Virus record (IMG/VR): IMGVR_UViG_3300037461_000585
Span: 1 to 37,033 of that record
DNA length: 37,033 nt
Reading direction: 5' to 3' (one strand)
DNA from: a virus
Taxonomy: Duplodnaviria > Caudoviricetes
Positions 1-7,546 of the stretch are shown here, piece after piece. Numbering within the stretch: the first letter of the stretch is position 1; the number at the start of each line of letters is the position of its first letter. Both the position numbers and the translations under genes were made by a program. The notes under the pieces were generated by a model. It had not been told where the DNA came from, did no database searches, and was given only the letters and a program-made list of their open reading frames with translations.

Positions 1-64
1 GTTCGAGGTCGGCGACTTGCACGGACTGTTTGAGCTGCCCCACCATGTAGACTTTGCGCGTCAT
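1..64 (-). CDS. 5' end of a gene running off the left edge (MTRKVYMVGQLKQSVQVADLE...)
   Basis: ATG at 64-62 with an open frame to the edge; lies just downstream of promoter 71-98. Confidence 0.5.
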   Translation of the reverse strand, partial: MTRKVYMVGQLKQSVQVADLE

Positions 65-70
65 ACCCTA

Positions 71-98
71 AAGATAACCATCCTTTGTGCTTTGTCAA
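71..98 (-). promoter_or_regulatory. sigma70-type promoter TTGACA-N16-TATCTT
   Basis: Minus strand reads cTTGACA aagcacaaaggatggt TATCTT; same motif occurs at four other sites. Confidence 0.7.
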
Positions 99-128
99 GC
101 CCTAGACCACAAGATATTGTGTGCCGCC

Positions 129-256
129 TTAGTTAGTTACTTAGTTACTAAGTCTCTAAGTCTCTATGTAACTAACTCACTATCCCTCAGTCTAACTAAG
201 TCCCAATTTTTTCCCAAAAAATCTGCGGCGTGCCTCCCTGCATTAGTTAGTTAGAC
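129..256. repeat. TAGT/TAAC-rich short-repeat tract
   Basis: ttagttagttacttagttactaag, gtaactaact, ctaactaag, ttagttagttag; related to 32897-32946. Confidence 0.6.
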
Positions 257-364
257 AGTTGGTGCCGCAGTGTCTAACCCCAAAACTTGGGTTGGGTATT
301 GGGGATCCAGGGACTCCAGTGTGGCTAACGTGCGATCCGGGGGGCACCCCCTCCCCCGGGGGGC

Positions 365-751
365 CTATTCGCCCTTCTTACTCCATTCAGTCAGTGTCTC
401 CGGCTCCTCCGGGTAGGTCAGGTCCTTGAACGCCTCGCCCTGGTGCTCGACAACCACCTTTGTGCCATACCCCCGCCCCGCACCCTTCTTGCCTAACACC
501 CATTTCGCTACGTCCTTGTCGATCTTCCGGGTCAACCAGAACCTAATCACTTCCTCCGCCTGGTCGAGGACCTGGTCATCCACTTCGAGCTGGATAGCAC
601 GCACCGCTGCCCGGAATCCTTCGTCCTGGTCGAGCCAGTTATAGTATGTCGCCCGGGAGATCTGCGCCGCCTCCACTGACCGGGTGACATTCCCGTGGAG
701 CTCCTTCAACGCCAGGAGCAATATCGACTTCTTGTCATCAGTGCTTAGCAT
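365..751 (-). CDS. terminase small subunit-like HTH protein
   Basis: ALKELHGNVTRSVEAAQISRATYYNWLDQDEGF HTH and a C-terminal KGAGRGY motif typical of phage TerS-like proteins; RBS GAGG. Confidence 0.7.
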   Translation of the reverse strand: MLSTDDKKSILLLALKELHGNVTRSVEAAQISRATYYNWLDQDEGFRAAVRAIQLEVDDQVLDQAEEVIRFWLTRKIDKDVAKWVLGKKGAGRGYGTKVVVEHQGEAFKDLTYPEEPETLTEWSKKGE

Positions 752-773
752 AGGTCCTCTCTTGCACTATATA

Positions 774-801
774 GCAAGTATGGCCTTGCGGCCATACTTG
801 C
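774..801 (-). promoter_or_regulatory. perfect 12-bp hairpin with GCAA tetraloop in the TerS leader
   Basis: GCAAGTATGGCC-GCAA-GGCCATACTTGC on the minus strand. Confidence 0.55.
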
Positions 802-1003
802 AGTGGGTCACTAGGTCACTAAATATACCTAACTAAGTGGACCTAGACAGTTCGCACTCCCGGGTCTGCGGTCCCCGGGAGAGGGAGAAGGGGAGAAGGA
901 CGCTTGGCGCATCCTGTCCTATAGTTCGACACTTGTAGTAGAACTGTCAAGTGGGTGGATGGGGATGGATGGAGAGGAGAAAGTGTAACCTGCCAGGAGA
1001 CAG

Positions 1004-1509
1004 GTGGGTAAAAATTACCCACTGGTGTAGGAATTCCCCACACTCACCAATGTGTCAAACTTGCCACTCCTGGAATTAACTAGACATTACAATATCTTAC
1101 AGTGTGTCAAATTTACCACACCCAGTCCCCCGCCCCGGCCTTTTAATGAGTCGCGCTGGGAAGTTATCCAGTCCCCGGCCCCCGGCCCTGGACACTCTCT
1201 CCTGCTCTTCTGCACGAGTACACTCTGACACACCGCACACCCCCTCTCAGAAATATCTGACCCTAGTCTTATTATAGAGCATTAGGTATAGGGTATGCGT
1301 GGCAGCTTGATTGACACTCAATCAGGAAGTGTCAAACGCGGTCCGCCTCGGGGCTCCGGGCTCCGGGCTTTTGGTGTGGCAAAATTGCCACAGTGTAACC
1401 CGCTGGTACTCACTGAAAAATTTATCCTCAATGGTTCCGGGTACTTAACCACTTTTTAGCGGGTCAGTTCATAAATGAATCCCATTCAGGTGTGTAAATA
1501 GTTACCACA
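1004..1509. repeat. array of about six imperfect palindromic GTG...CAC boxes
   Basis: GTGGGTAAAAATTACCCAC 1004, GTGTAGGAATTCCCCACAC 1025, TGTGTCAAACTTGCCAC 1051, GTGTGTCAAATTTACCACAC 1102, TGTGGCAAAATTGCCACA 1375, TGTGTAAATAGTTACCACA 1491. Confidence 0.7.
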
Positions 1510-1617
1510 TTTAGTATGAATCCTCAATGAATTCAACGAGTTGCGCAAAACGCGCTATTTGGAGAGGAATTCACTAAGGGTAGAGAGACCAAAACTTTTT
1601 GAGAAAGGAGAATACTA

Positions 1618-1905
1618 ATGCAAAAGATCACGTTTTATTGTGGCGGGACGGACAAACAAGGGCGACCAGTGACTTCAGGCACCTACGCGGACGTTCTGAA
1701 GCGCAACAAAGTGGACTTTACTTTGTTTCAGGGCGTGGGCGTTTGGGAAGGCGGACAGGAGACCTCGTATGTCTTTGTGGTCTTCAACGACAATCTCTTC
1801 GGCGCGGAAGTCGAGGCCCTGGCCCGGGGCATGGCGAGAGCTGGGGGTCAATCGTGCGTCCTGGCGTCCATTGAGATCGTTGAGGCGAAATTCATCTTCG
1901 CATAA
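1618..1905 (+). CDS. putative SAM lyase/SAMase-like protein (PII-like fold, DUF3574-like)
   Basis: GVWEGGQETS...LARGMARAGGQSCVL parallels T3 gp0.3 GCY...EEKT...ARLACNEWEQDCVL; first early gene; strong RBS AAGGAG. Confidence 0.55.
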   Translation: MQKITFYCGGTDKQGRPVTSGTYADVLKRNKVDFTLFQGVGVWEGGQETSYVFVVFNDNLFGAEVEALARGMARAGGQSCVLASIEIVEAKFIFA

Positions 1906-1993
1906 ACTAAGGAGGGACTGTCCCTCCTCCTCGTGGCCCAGGTGCGCGAAACCGGGACCCCGAGGAGAATGGACAAGCCAAAGGAGGAAAGAC

Positions 1994-2179
1994 ATGATGA
2001 CGCATTTCGAACACTCAAAGAAAGTAAACCCCGTCAGACCATGCTCGGCGCACCACTTGACATTCGGCGGACGGGGCTTAAATTGTGGGTATGACCCCGC
2101 AAAGGTCCTGCTTCAGGAGGCTCGGCGCGTGACCCTCCCGAAGAAAGAAGAGAAGGAAGGAGGACAAGACAATGCCTAG
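1994..2179 (+). CDS. hypothetical protein (61 aa)
   Basis: RBS AAGGAGG before ATG 1994; overlaps the next start. Confidence 0.55.
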   Translation: MMTHFEHSKKVNPVRPCSAHHLTFGGRGLNCGYDPAKVLLQEARRVTLPKKEEKEGGQDNA

Positions 2180-2462
2180 AAATCATCAAGACTATGAATA
2201 CGCCAACCCCAGGGACTGGGCGACTAAGTTCTGGAAGCACAATTACATAGTGACCCTGGACGGCGGGATTCAGATTGCAGTGAACGCGGACAATGAAGGG
2301 GACGCCCTGGACGAAGTGATTGACTACTGTGAGCGCAAACGATACATTGGATTCGTGGCGTCCCACGGCGACCTGGACCCGGACGAACAAGAGGAGTATG
2401 TTTCCGGCGGGAACCATGGATTGTATCTGACCACTGATTATCTTCACATTAAGGAGGTGTGA
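2172..2462 (+). CDS. hypothetical protein
   Basis: RBS AGGAGG; tightly packed in the operon. Confidence 0.7.
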   Translation: MPRNHQDYEYANPRDWATKFWKHNYIVTLDGGIQIAVNADNEGDALDEVIDYCERKRYIGFVASHGDLDPDEQEEYVSGGNHGLYLTTDYLHIKEV

Positions 2463-2463
2463 C

Positions 2464-2694
2464 ATGTTAGTGAAGCGTAATCCGTTTGCCCGTGAGGAGC
2501 TCCACCGGGAGCGCGTCTATGTCCAGAATTCGTTAACGACATGCGCTTGGTGTGGACAGGTCAAGAAGACCCCCAGCCGCCGCCCCTATTTGTTTCAGTA
2601 TCGGGCGGAATCGGACGGCGGGAGAACATCAAACATCCGGGGGCTTTTTTGCTCGGAATCTTGCCGAAAATCCTATCATGAAGTGGAGGACTAG
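2464..2694 (+). CDS. small Zn-finger protein
   Basis: CAWCG...FCSESC (TRASH/MYM-like); RBS AAGGAGG. Confidence 0.7.
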   Translation: MLVKRNPFAREELHRERVYVQNSLTTCAWCGQVKKTPSRRPYLFQYRAESDGGRTSNIRGLFCSESCRKSYHEVED

Positions 2695-2698
2695 GACC

Positions 2699-2902
2699 AT
2701 GGACATTTATTCATGCGTAGAAAAGTGTCAAGGGTGCGCCCACGTTCAAGATCGTGGGGATTCATGCGAAATGTACGCGAGGCCCTTTGCCAAGTGGACC
2801 AAGCTGGGCGGGTGCGAAGGTGCCACGAATCGCGTGCGCGTGATTGCCGAGGAGCCCAAGAAACGGGTCGGGCAGCAGAAGCAGCGAAGGGATAAGAAGT
2901 AA
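2699..2902 (+). CDS. PxxKW family cysteine-rich protein
   Basis: VEKCQGC...CEMYARPFAKWTKLGGCEGATN followed by a basic tail; RBS GGAGG. Confidence 0.7.
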   Translation: MDIYSCVEKCQGCAHVQDRGDSCEMYARPFAKWTKLGGCEGATNRVRVIAEEPKKRVGQQKQRRDKK

Positions 2903-2906
2903 AAAC

Positions 2907-3032
2907 ATGAAAACGCACAGGATCTTTTGTCAAGTGACCTGGTGTCCTAAGAATCGGCTGAGAGTATGCCGGGCAGCAAAGACGGACAAGAGATCCTGTT
3001 TGGCGATCTTTACAAGAAAGAGAGGAAAATAA
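2907..3032 (+). CDS. small Cys-rich hypothetical protein (41 aa)
   Basis: Fills the gap between coupled genes; four Cys. Confidence 0.4.
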   Translation: MKTHRIFCQVTWCPKNRLRVCRAAKTDKRSCLAIFTRKRGK

Positions 3033-3034
3033 CC

Positions 3035-3277
3035 ATGAGATCCTACGTCGTCGCAACGATCCTAGCAAACAGAAGAGAAGGTCTGGACGAGACCGGGCTT
3101 CATTACCTGAACTACGCCCGGAACCGGACTGGTCTCCCCCAGCTCCTGCTCGGCAAACGCCCCACGGACTACGAGGAGGAGATTGACATTGAAGAGCTGG
3201 AGCTGATTCTCCGAGCGCTTAGTGATGATGAACTGCTTTTCGTGTATACGCAACAATGTTGTCAGAGATTTAGATAA
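3035..3277 (+). CDS. hypothetical protein
   Basis: RBS GAGG; start at MRSYVV. Confidence 0.6.
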   Translation: MRSYVVATILANRREGLDETGLHYLNYARNRTGLPQLLLGKRPTDYEEEIDIEELELILRALSDDELLFVYTQQCCQRFR

Positions 3278-3296
3278 ATAAATTTTAGTGACCCCC

Positions 3297-3324
3297 TTGA
3301 CAAACACTTTTTCGATGCTATAAT
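3297..3324 (+). promoter_or_regulatory. consensus sigma70 promoter TTGACA-N16-TATAAT with extended -10 TG
   Basis: cTTGACA aacactttttcgaTGc TATAAT, with an AT-rich UP-like tract upstream. Confidence 0.85.
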
Positions 3325-3356
3325 TGAATCATGAACAGTGAGAGGAGGACCGGAGA

Positions 3357-3533
3357 ATGAGAGACTTAGTAAGTAAGATCATGGACTGGGAAGGCGGAGA
3401 AATGAACGAGGAAGACACCATTGAGTTCTTCCAAGAACTGATTGACAACGGTATGGCCTGGACCCTTCAGGGGTGTTATGGCCGTACAGCAGCCGCCTTG
3501 ATCGAGGCGGGACTTTGCAGGAGGGCACGATAA
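3357..3533 (+). CDS. conserved small phage protein (58 aa)
   Basis: Translated by hand: MRDLVSKIMDWEGGEMNEEDTIEFFQELIDNGMAWTLQGCYGRTAAALIEAG; FQxLIDxGxAWxLQGxYGR is a recurrent phage motif. Confidence 0.75.
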   Translation: MRDLVSKIMDWEGGEMNEEDTIEFFQELIDNGMAWTLQGCYGRTAAALIEAGLCRRAR

Positions 3534-3712
3534 TGGCTAGACCGGCGATCGTTTACTTGAGGGAGCACAAGGACGCACTGGGTAAACCGTTCTACCGCGT
3601 AATCGGGATGGAGAATAACGTGGACTTTGACATTCACCAGAAACTGTCCCGGGAAGAAGTCCGGGCTCTCCTGGTCGGGTACACTGTGAAGATCAAAGGA
3701 GGCGACAGATGA
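3533..3712 (+). CDS. hypothetical protein
   Basis: TAATG stop/start coupling. Confidence 0.6.
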   Translation: MARPAIVYLREHKDALGKPFYRVIGMENNVDFDIHQKLSREEVRALLVGYTVKIKGGDR

Positions 3713-3909
3713 AGATCAATCAGAATGCTTTGACCGAAAAACAGTATTTGGCCCAGGTCCTGGCGCGAGACATCCATGGAGAAGTCAAGCACGAGGTATA
3801 TGACAACTGTCGCATTGCGTACAATCAGCAAGGCGAACTGGTAGGCGGGGGTGTTTGGGTGCCCCAGGCTTATAGAGCTGAGGTTTTTGTCGGGTATTGG
3901 CACAATTAG
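3709..3909 (+). CDS. hypothetical protein
   Basis: ATGA overlap; RBS AAGGAGG. Confidence 0.65.
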   Translation: MKINQNALTEKQYLAQVLARDIHGEVKHEVYDNCRIAYNQQGELVGGGVWVPQAYRAEVFVGYWHN

Positions 3910-3919
3910 GAGGGCGACC

Positions 3920-4417
3920 ATGCAGATAACAAAGAGAGAGGGAGAGTACAAAATCACGAGCACCGGGACCTACTATCACAAGGACACCCCGGACGCGGTG
4001 ATCGAGCTCCTGGAGCTGGCACGCGATCTTGGGTATTGGGTGTGGTTCAGATACGGGGACCCGGCGATCGGGCGCGACTGGATGGACGATTGTGACGTGT
4101 GCGGGTTCATTGGGCGCAGTGGGGGACCAGTGAAAGTCCCTCTCCTTCTGAAGTCCCGGCGGTCCACCGGAGGCCCCGCGCTCCTGGAGGATCGGATTTT
4201 GCGGATCATCGTGAAAGGCGGGGGGCGTCTTCGAACGTGGACACACCACAATTACATGAAGCCTGATTTGGCAGTGGTCCACGTGCCCGGAGAGGCAAGC
4301 CCGTGGAGAGTGATTCACAAAGACGAGCCGAACGGCCAGTACGAGGCCGGGTTTAAGACGCGGGAGAAGGCCCAGCGGTGGGCGGACTTCATTACCGGCA
4401 AGCGATTGAATAAATAA
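3920..4417 (+). CDS. conserved phage hypothetical protein
   Basis: YGD..GRDW...GFIGRSGGPVKVPLL..RSTGGPALL motif recurrent in phage early genes; RBS AGGAGG. Confidence 0.7.
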   Translation: MQITKREGEYKITSTGTYYHKDTPDAVIELLELARDLGYWVWFRYGDPAIGRDWMDDCDVCGFIGRSGGPVKVPLLLKSRRSTGGPALLEDRILRIIVKGGGRLRTWTHHNYMKPDLAVVHVPGEASPWRVIHKDEPNGQYEAGFKTREKAQRWADFITGKRLNK

Positions 4418-4431
4418 AGGAGGACTAGACT

Positions 4432-4587
4432 ATGATGAACGTGATGGAAGTTCAACGGTGGCTAGAGACCTTGTCACGTTTCGACGAGGTTGGCGTAGAT
4501 GAAGGAGGACTGACCCTTCGAAGTCTCCTTCAGCCGAAGGCTTACCTTGAAATCGGCGGAATGCCGGAAGAGGAGGACGAGGAATGA
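4432..4587 (+). CDS. small acidic protein (51 aa)
   Basis: Translated by hand MMNVMEVQRWLETL...MPEEEDEE; RBS AAGGAGG; ATGA overlap with next gene. Confidence 0.65.
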   Translation: MMNVMEVQRWLETLSRFDEVGVDEGGLTLRSLLQPKAYLEIGGMPEEEDEE

Positions 4588-5000
4588 AAAGGAACTACGA
4601 GGCATTGATCGGAAAGGAAGTGCGAGTTTCAGCGGGCACCAAGAGAAGAGGCCCCCGTGACACGTACACAGGCCCCTACAGAAAAAAGGGCGTTGTGACC
4701 GGCGCGGACCTGGATATTGGTCTCACGGTACAGGACACGATGGAGGAAGGGGCTAGGTATATCCTGTGCATAAACGGCCCGGAAAGTCCCTTGATGAAGG
4801 CGGCGGAGAAGGAAGGGAGGGGTGTCTTTACAACGGCTCGTAAGCGTGGCTACCGGAGAGCGATGCACATGATCCACGACGCTATTGTCGAAGGCCGAGT
4901 GGTGGATTTGGATATAATCCTTTGCTTCGCGTATAAAGCTGGCGAAGAGCCGAGCATTCATGGAAATGCATCGTCGAAGTCGTGCGCGTTTGCACAATAA
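4584..5000 (+). CDS. hypothetical protein
   Basis: Translationally coupled ORF. Confidence 0.65.
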   Translation: MKRNYEALIGKEVRVSAGTKRRGPRDTYTGPYRKKGVVTGADLDIGLTVQDTMEEGARYILCINGPESPLMKAAEKEGRGVFTTARKRGYRRAMHMIHDAIVEGRVVDLDIILCFAYKAGEEPSIHGNASSKSCAFAQ

Positions 5001-5011
5001 GGAGGCGGACC

Positions 5012-5308
5012 ATGAGAGTAACTAAGAAAATGATTGAAGGTCGCGTGCGCGCAATCGCAAATACCTTCCCTTTGCCTGAAGATTATATGTACAGCCTGGA
5101 GAAATCCAATCCCGGCGACGGCGTGCGATATTCCCTGGCGATCGTGCGGAAAGACTATCAGGGCGGCGACTTTTATGACATCCCGTCCCTCGGCTCTATG
5201 CGCGGCCCCATGTTCTACGAGCTCCTCCGGGGGATGCTTGAAGCCACGTTTTTGCGGGATGCGATTGCGCGCCTGGAGGTCCGCAATGTCAAGACAACAA
5301 GTGTTTGA
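5012..5308 (+). CDS. hypothetical protein
   Basis: RBS AAGGAGG before MRVTKK. Confidence 0.65.
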   Translation: MRVTKKMIEGRVRAIANTFPLPEDYMYSLEKSNPGDGVRYSLAIVRKDYQGGDFYDIPSLGSMRGPMFYELLRGMLEATFLRDAIARLEVRNVKTTSV

Positions 5309-5597
5309 TGATCTAGTCTCGTTTGAAGAGATTGCCGAGCGACTTCACCTTCGAAGCAAGCAGCACGCACATCAGATCTACAATCGGGCGATGCGAAAAC
5401 TCCGAAGATACTACAACGACCCGGCACACCGTGAAGAACTCCGGCAGCTATTACAGCCTGACCCGGAGGACCCGGGATGGATTCACGACGACGAGCGCCA
5501 CCTGAAGTTTCCCGAGGTGTTTGAGTGGAACATTTCCCCCAGCCCCGGGAGCCCGGCCTGGCGCACCCGGGCTCTCCGAGCTCTAGAAAATTTATGA
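5286..5597 (+). CDS. stand-alone sigma70 region-4-like HTH protein
   Basis: SFEEIAERLHLRSKQHAHQIYNRAMRKLR resembles the region 4.2 consensus TLEEIG..LGVSRERVRQIE.RALRKLR. Confidence 0.65.
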   Translation: MSRQQVFDDLVSFEEIAERLHLRSKQHAHQIYNRAMRKLRRYYNDPAHREELRQLLQPDPEDPGWIHDDERHLKFPEVFEWNISPSPGSPAWRTRALRALENL

Positions 5598-5605
5598 GCT
5601 GGGTC

Positions 5606-5633
5606 TTGACACGGCGGAAAGAGTGATTAACTT
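5606..5633 (+). promoter_or_regulatory. promoter TTGACA-N16-TAACTT
   Basis: cTTGACA cggcggaaagagtgat TAACTT; member of the phage promoter family. Confidence 0.7.
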
Positions 5634-5649
5634 GAAAGGAGGTGACATC

Positions 5650-5730
5650 ATGGTCAGAATAGGCATTGCGCTGTTTTCTTTCGGAGTTGGGCTATTGGCT
5701 GGGGGTGCCCTGGCTATCTTGATGAATTAG
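5650..5730 (+). CDS. 26-aa transmembrane peptide
   Basis: RBS AAGGAGG; MVRIGIALFSFGVGLLAGGALAILMN. Confidence 0.5.
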   Translation: MVRIGIALFSFGVGLLAGGALAILMN

Positions 5731-5740
5731 GAGGAAGGGA

Positions 5741-6172
5741 ATGCACCAGATTGCTGAATTGATGAACTACCTGATCGACCACTCACCAAAACGCGACGGA
5801 CGAGTTTACCTGGCTGCCCCCTATTCCACCGGAGGAAAAATCAGCGAGGAATGGCAGGAGGTACGTTACCGGCTGGTCAACATTACGGCCATGCGGCTCA
5901 TTCGCGCCGGATTTGTCGTGTTTTCTCCGGTTAGCCACAGTCACCCTTTGTCCAAAACCCAGGACGAAAAGTTCAACACTCATAACTTATGGTTAGGCCA
6001 GGACGTGGAATTTCTCCAGTGGGCGGATCTTCTCGTGGTCCTGGCCCTGCCCGGGTACGTGGATAGTTACGGTGTGGCATGGGAACGGCAATGGTTCAAG
6101 GACCACGGCAAGCCGGAGTTCATACTCACTATCAATGACGTATACAAACTTGATCTACAGGAGGAGAAGTGA
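5741..6172 (+). CDS. DUF1937 / nucleoside 2-deoxyribosyltransferase-like protein
   Basis: VYLAAPYS...VVFSPVSHSH...W..QD.EFL.WAD.LVVL.LPG..DS.GV.WE. Confidence 0.75.
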   Translation: MHQIAELMNYLIDHSPKRDGRVYLAAPYSTGGKISEEWQEVRYRLVNITAMRLIRAGFVVFSPVSHSHPLSKTQDEKFNTHNLWLGQDVEFLQWADLLVVLALPGYVDSYGVAWERQWFKDHGKPEFILTINDVYKLDLQEEK

Positions 6173-6681
6173 TGAAAACGCCTTTAGTCAACGAAGCCGG
6201 GTATGTCAACGAGAAAGACGCGGACCCTGTGAAGGAATTGACCAAGTCCCGGCTCTTTTTTCCCTTGGAAGACGCGATCAACTTCCTTGCCGTAGCCTTG
6301 CTCAAAGCCGAGAAAAACGGGAGAGACAAGGTGCCTCCCGAGCCCGAGCCTTCCACTCGGCTCGTCGTGACAGCAACGGGTTTGATGGACGAGGTCCTGG
6401 ACGGGATAGCTGAAGTGGAAAACGAGGTCCTTACCTACTGCGCCTCGACCTGTGTAGAGTGCAAGGCCGAGAATAACCCGGCCACAAAAGACTGCCCGGG
6501 GTTGACGCATAAGGGCGACCTGGTGCAGAACATTGTGGGTGCCGCACTGCGCATAGGGATGATTACATTATTGAAGGTCTGCCGGGCGCAAATTCAAGTG
6601 GATAACCCGGAGATAAAAGAATCGTCCGCGTTCGAGCTGTTTACCCCGGCTCTGCGCGACATCCTGGACGGCGCGAGGTGA
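6169..6681 (+). CDS. hypothetical protein (CxxxCxxC)
   Basis: Coupled ORF with RBS. Confidence 0.65.
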   Translation: MMKTPLVNEAGYVNEKDADPVKELTKSRLFFPLEDAINFLAVALLKAEKNGRDKVPPEPEPSTRLVVTATGLMDEVLDGIAEVENEVLTYCASTCVECKAENNPATKDCPGLTHKGDLVQNIVGAALRIGMITLLKVCRAQIQVDNPEIKESSAFELFTPALRDILDGAR

Positions 6682-6684
6682 TTT

Positions 6685-6906
6685 ATGGCGGTCAAGTACA
6701 AGGTGATAATGCTCAGGTGCGCGTGTGGCAACGAAAGAGAGACTGACATCGAGGTCGCACGCGCCTCCGCCACTCCCTGCGCCACGTGTGGAAAAACGGA
6801 GTGGACTTTGCTGCGAAACATAGGGAAGAAGATCGTGGAAGACAAGAGCGCGCCTACAGAGCTCATTGCAGCACAAGAGCGCGAAAGGGGAAAGGCAAAT
6901 GATTGA
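6685..6906 (+). CDS. Zn-ribbon protein
   Basis: CACG...CATCG. Confidence 0.65.
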   Translation: MAVKYKVIMLRCACGNERETDIEVARASATPCATCGKTEWTLLRNIGKKIVEDKSAPTELIAAQERERGKAND

Positions 6907-7003
6907 CATCATGGTTAGTGACCTTTGCTGGATACTGCTCGTTTTCTTTGGCGGGCTCTTGATCGTGAAACTTCTGGAGTATTACTTTGGAGGGAAAAAA
7001 TGA
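6899..7003 (+). CDS. 34-aa membrane peptide
   Basis: MIDIMVSDLCWILLVFFGGLLIVKLLEYYFGGKK. Confidence 0.45.
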   Translation: MIDIMVSDLCWILLVFFGGLLIVKLLEYYFGGKK

Positions 7004-7095
7004 CAGATCTTATTTGGGTCGTCGTGGGAGTTTTGCTGGTGATAGGAGTCATTGTCGGGATAGGGCGGTTTATGGAATGGTTTACCAATGACTGA
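7000..7095 (+). CDS. 31-aa membrane peptide
   Basis: MTDLIWVVVGVLLVIGVIVGIGRFMEWFTND; RBS GGAGG; ATGA overlap. Confidence 0.5.
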   Translation: MTDLIWVVVGVLLVIGVIVGIGRFMEWFTND

Positions 7096-7102
7096 AATGA
7101 AT

Positions 7103-7232
7103 ACTTCCGTGTGCTCCGAGCGGGTTGTCCGAGGTCGGGAGAGGGCTGACGGACGACACTTTGTACCGGGTGCGCGGGGCTCTCGGTAACAGCCAGGCGG
7201 AAGTCATCGGGGCTTAACCCTGGCACCCCGCA
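7103..7232 (+). ncRNA. candidate structured RNA with possible pseudoknot
   Basis: Stems GTTGTCCG/CGGACGAC, GCGGGG/CCCCGC and GCCAGG/CCTGGC; loop CGGAAGT is complementary to 5' ACTTCCG. Confidence 0.35.
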
Positions 7233-7252
7233 AACTAAAGGAGGAAACTAAC

Positions 7253-7546
7253 ATGAATCGAAAGGACTGGAAACTTCTACCGGAAGAGATGCACGAGATC
7301 AAGGACTGGCTCAAACGGACGACTTCGCACCGCTCTCATCGCTGCCCCTTTTCCGGAGAAGAGGCTTGTCTGGAAATATGCCAGGTCATGTTTCCGAAGA
7401 CAGCCAAAGAGTGGGGTTGTAGGGATTTCAACGAGTGTCCGTGTGATGTTTATTCACCGTCTTACGTCGTTCGAAAGGCTAGGCTTGTCCTGGCGAGAGG
7501 AGGGAGATTACACCGTGAACGAAAAGAAAGCAAAGAAGTTGCGTAA
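7253..7546 (+). CDS. Cys-rich hypothetical protein
   Basis: CPF..C..IC...C...CPC; RBS AAGGAGG. Confidence 0.7.
   Translation: MNRKDWKLLPEEMHEIKDWLKRTTSHRSHRCPFSGEEACLEICQVMFPKTAKEWGCRDFNECPCDVYSPSYVVRKARLVLARGGRLHRERKESKEVA

Noticed and set aside
843-1043. 66-aa ORF in the control region
   Set aside because: No RBS, a Pro-rich translation, and it overlaps the palindromic boxes.
760-1560. sigma54 -24/-12 promoter
   Set aside because: The TGGC...TTGC strings I checked do not have the required GG-N10-GC spacing.
1919-1975. Hammerhead ribozyme (CGAAAC present)
   Set aside because: No CUGAnGA core was found.
7173-7232. Canonical tRNA gene
   Set aside because: An acceptor-like stem is present, but there is no TTCGA T-loop, D-arm or anticodon arm.
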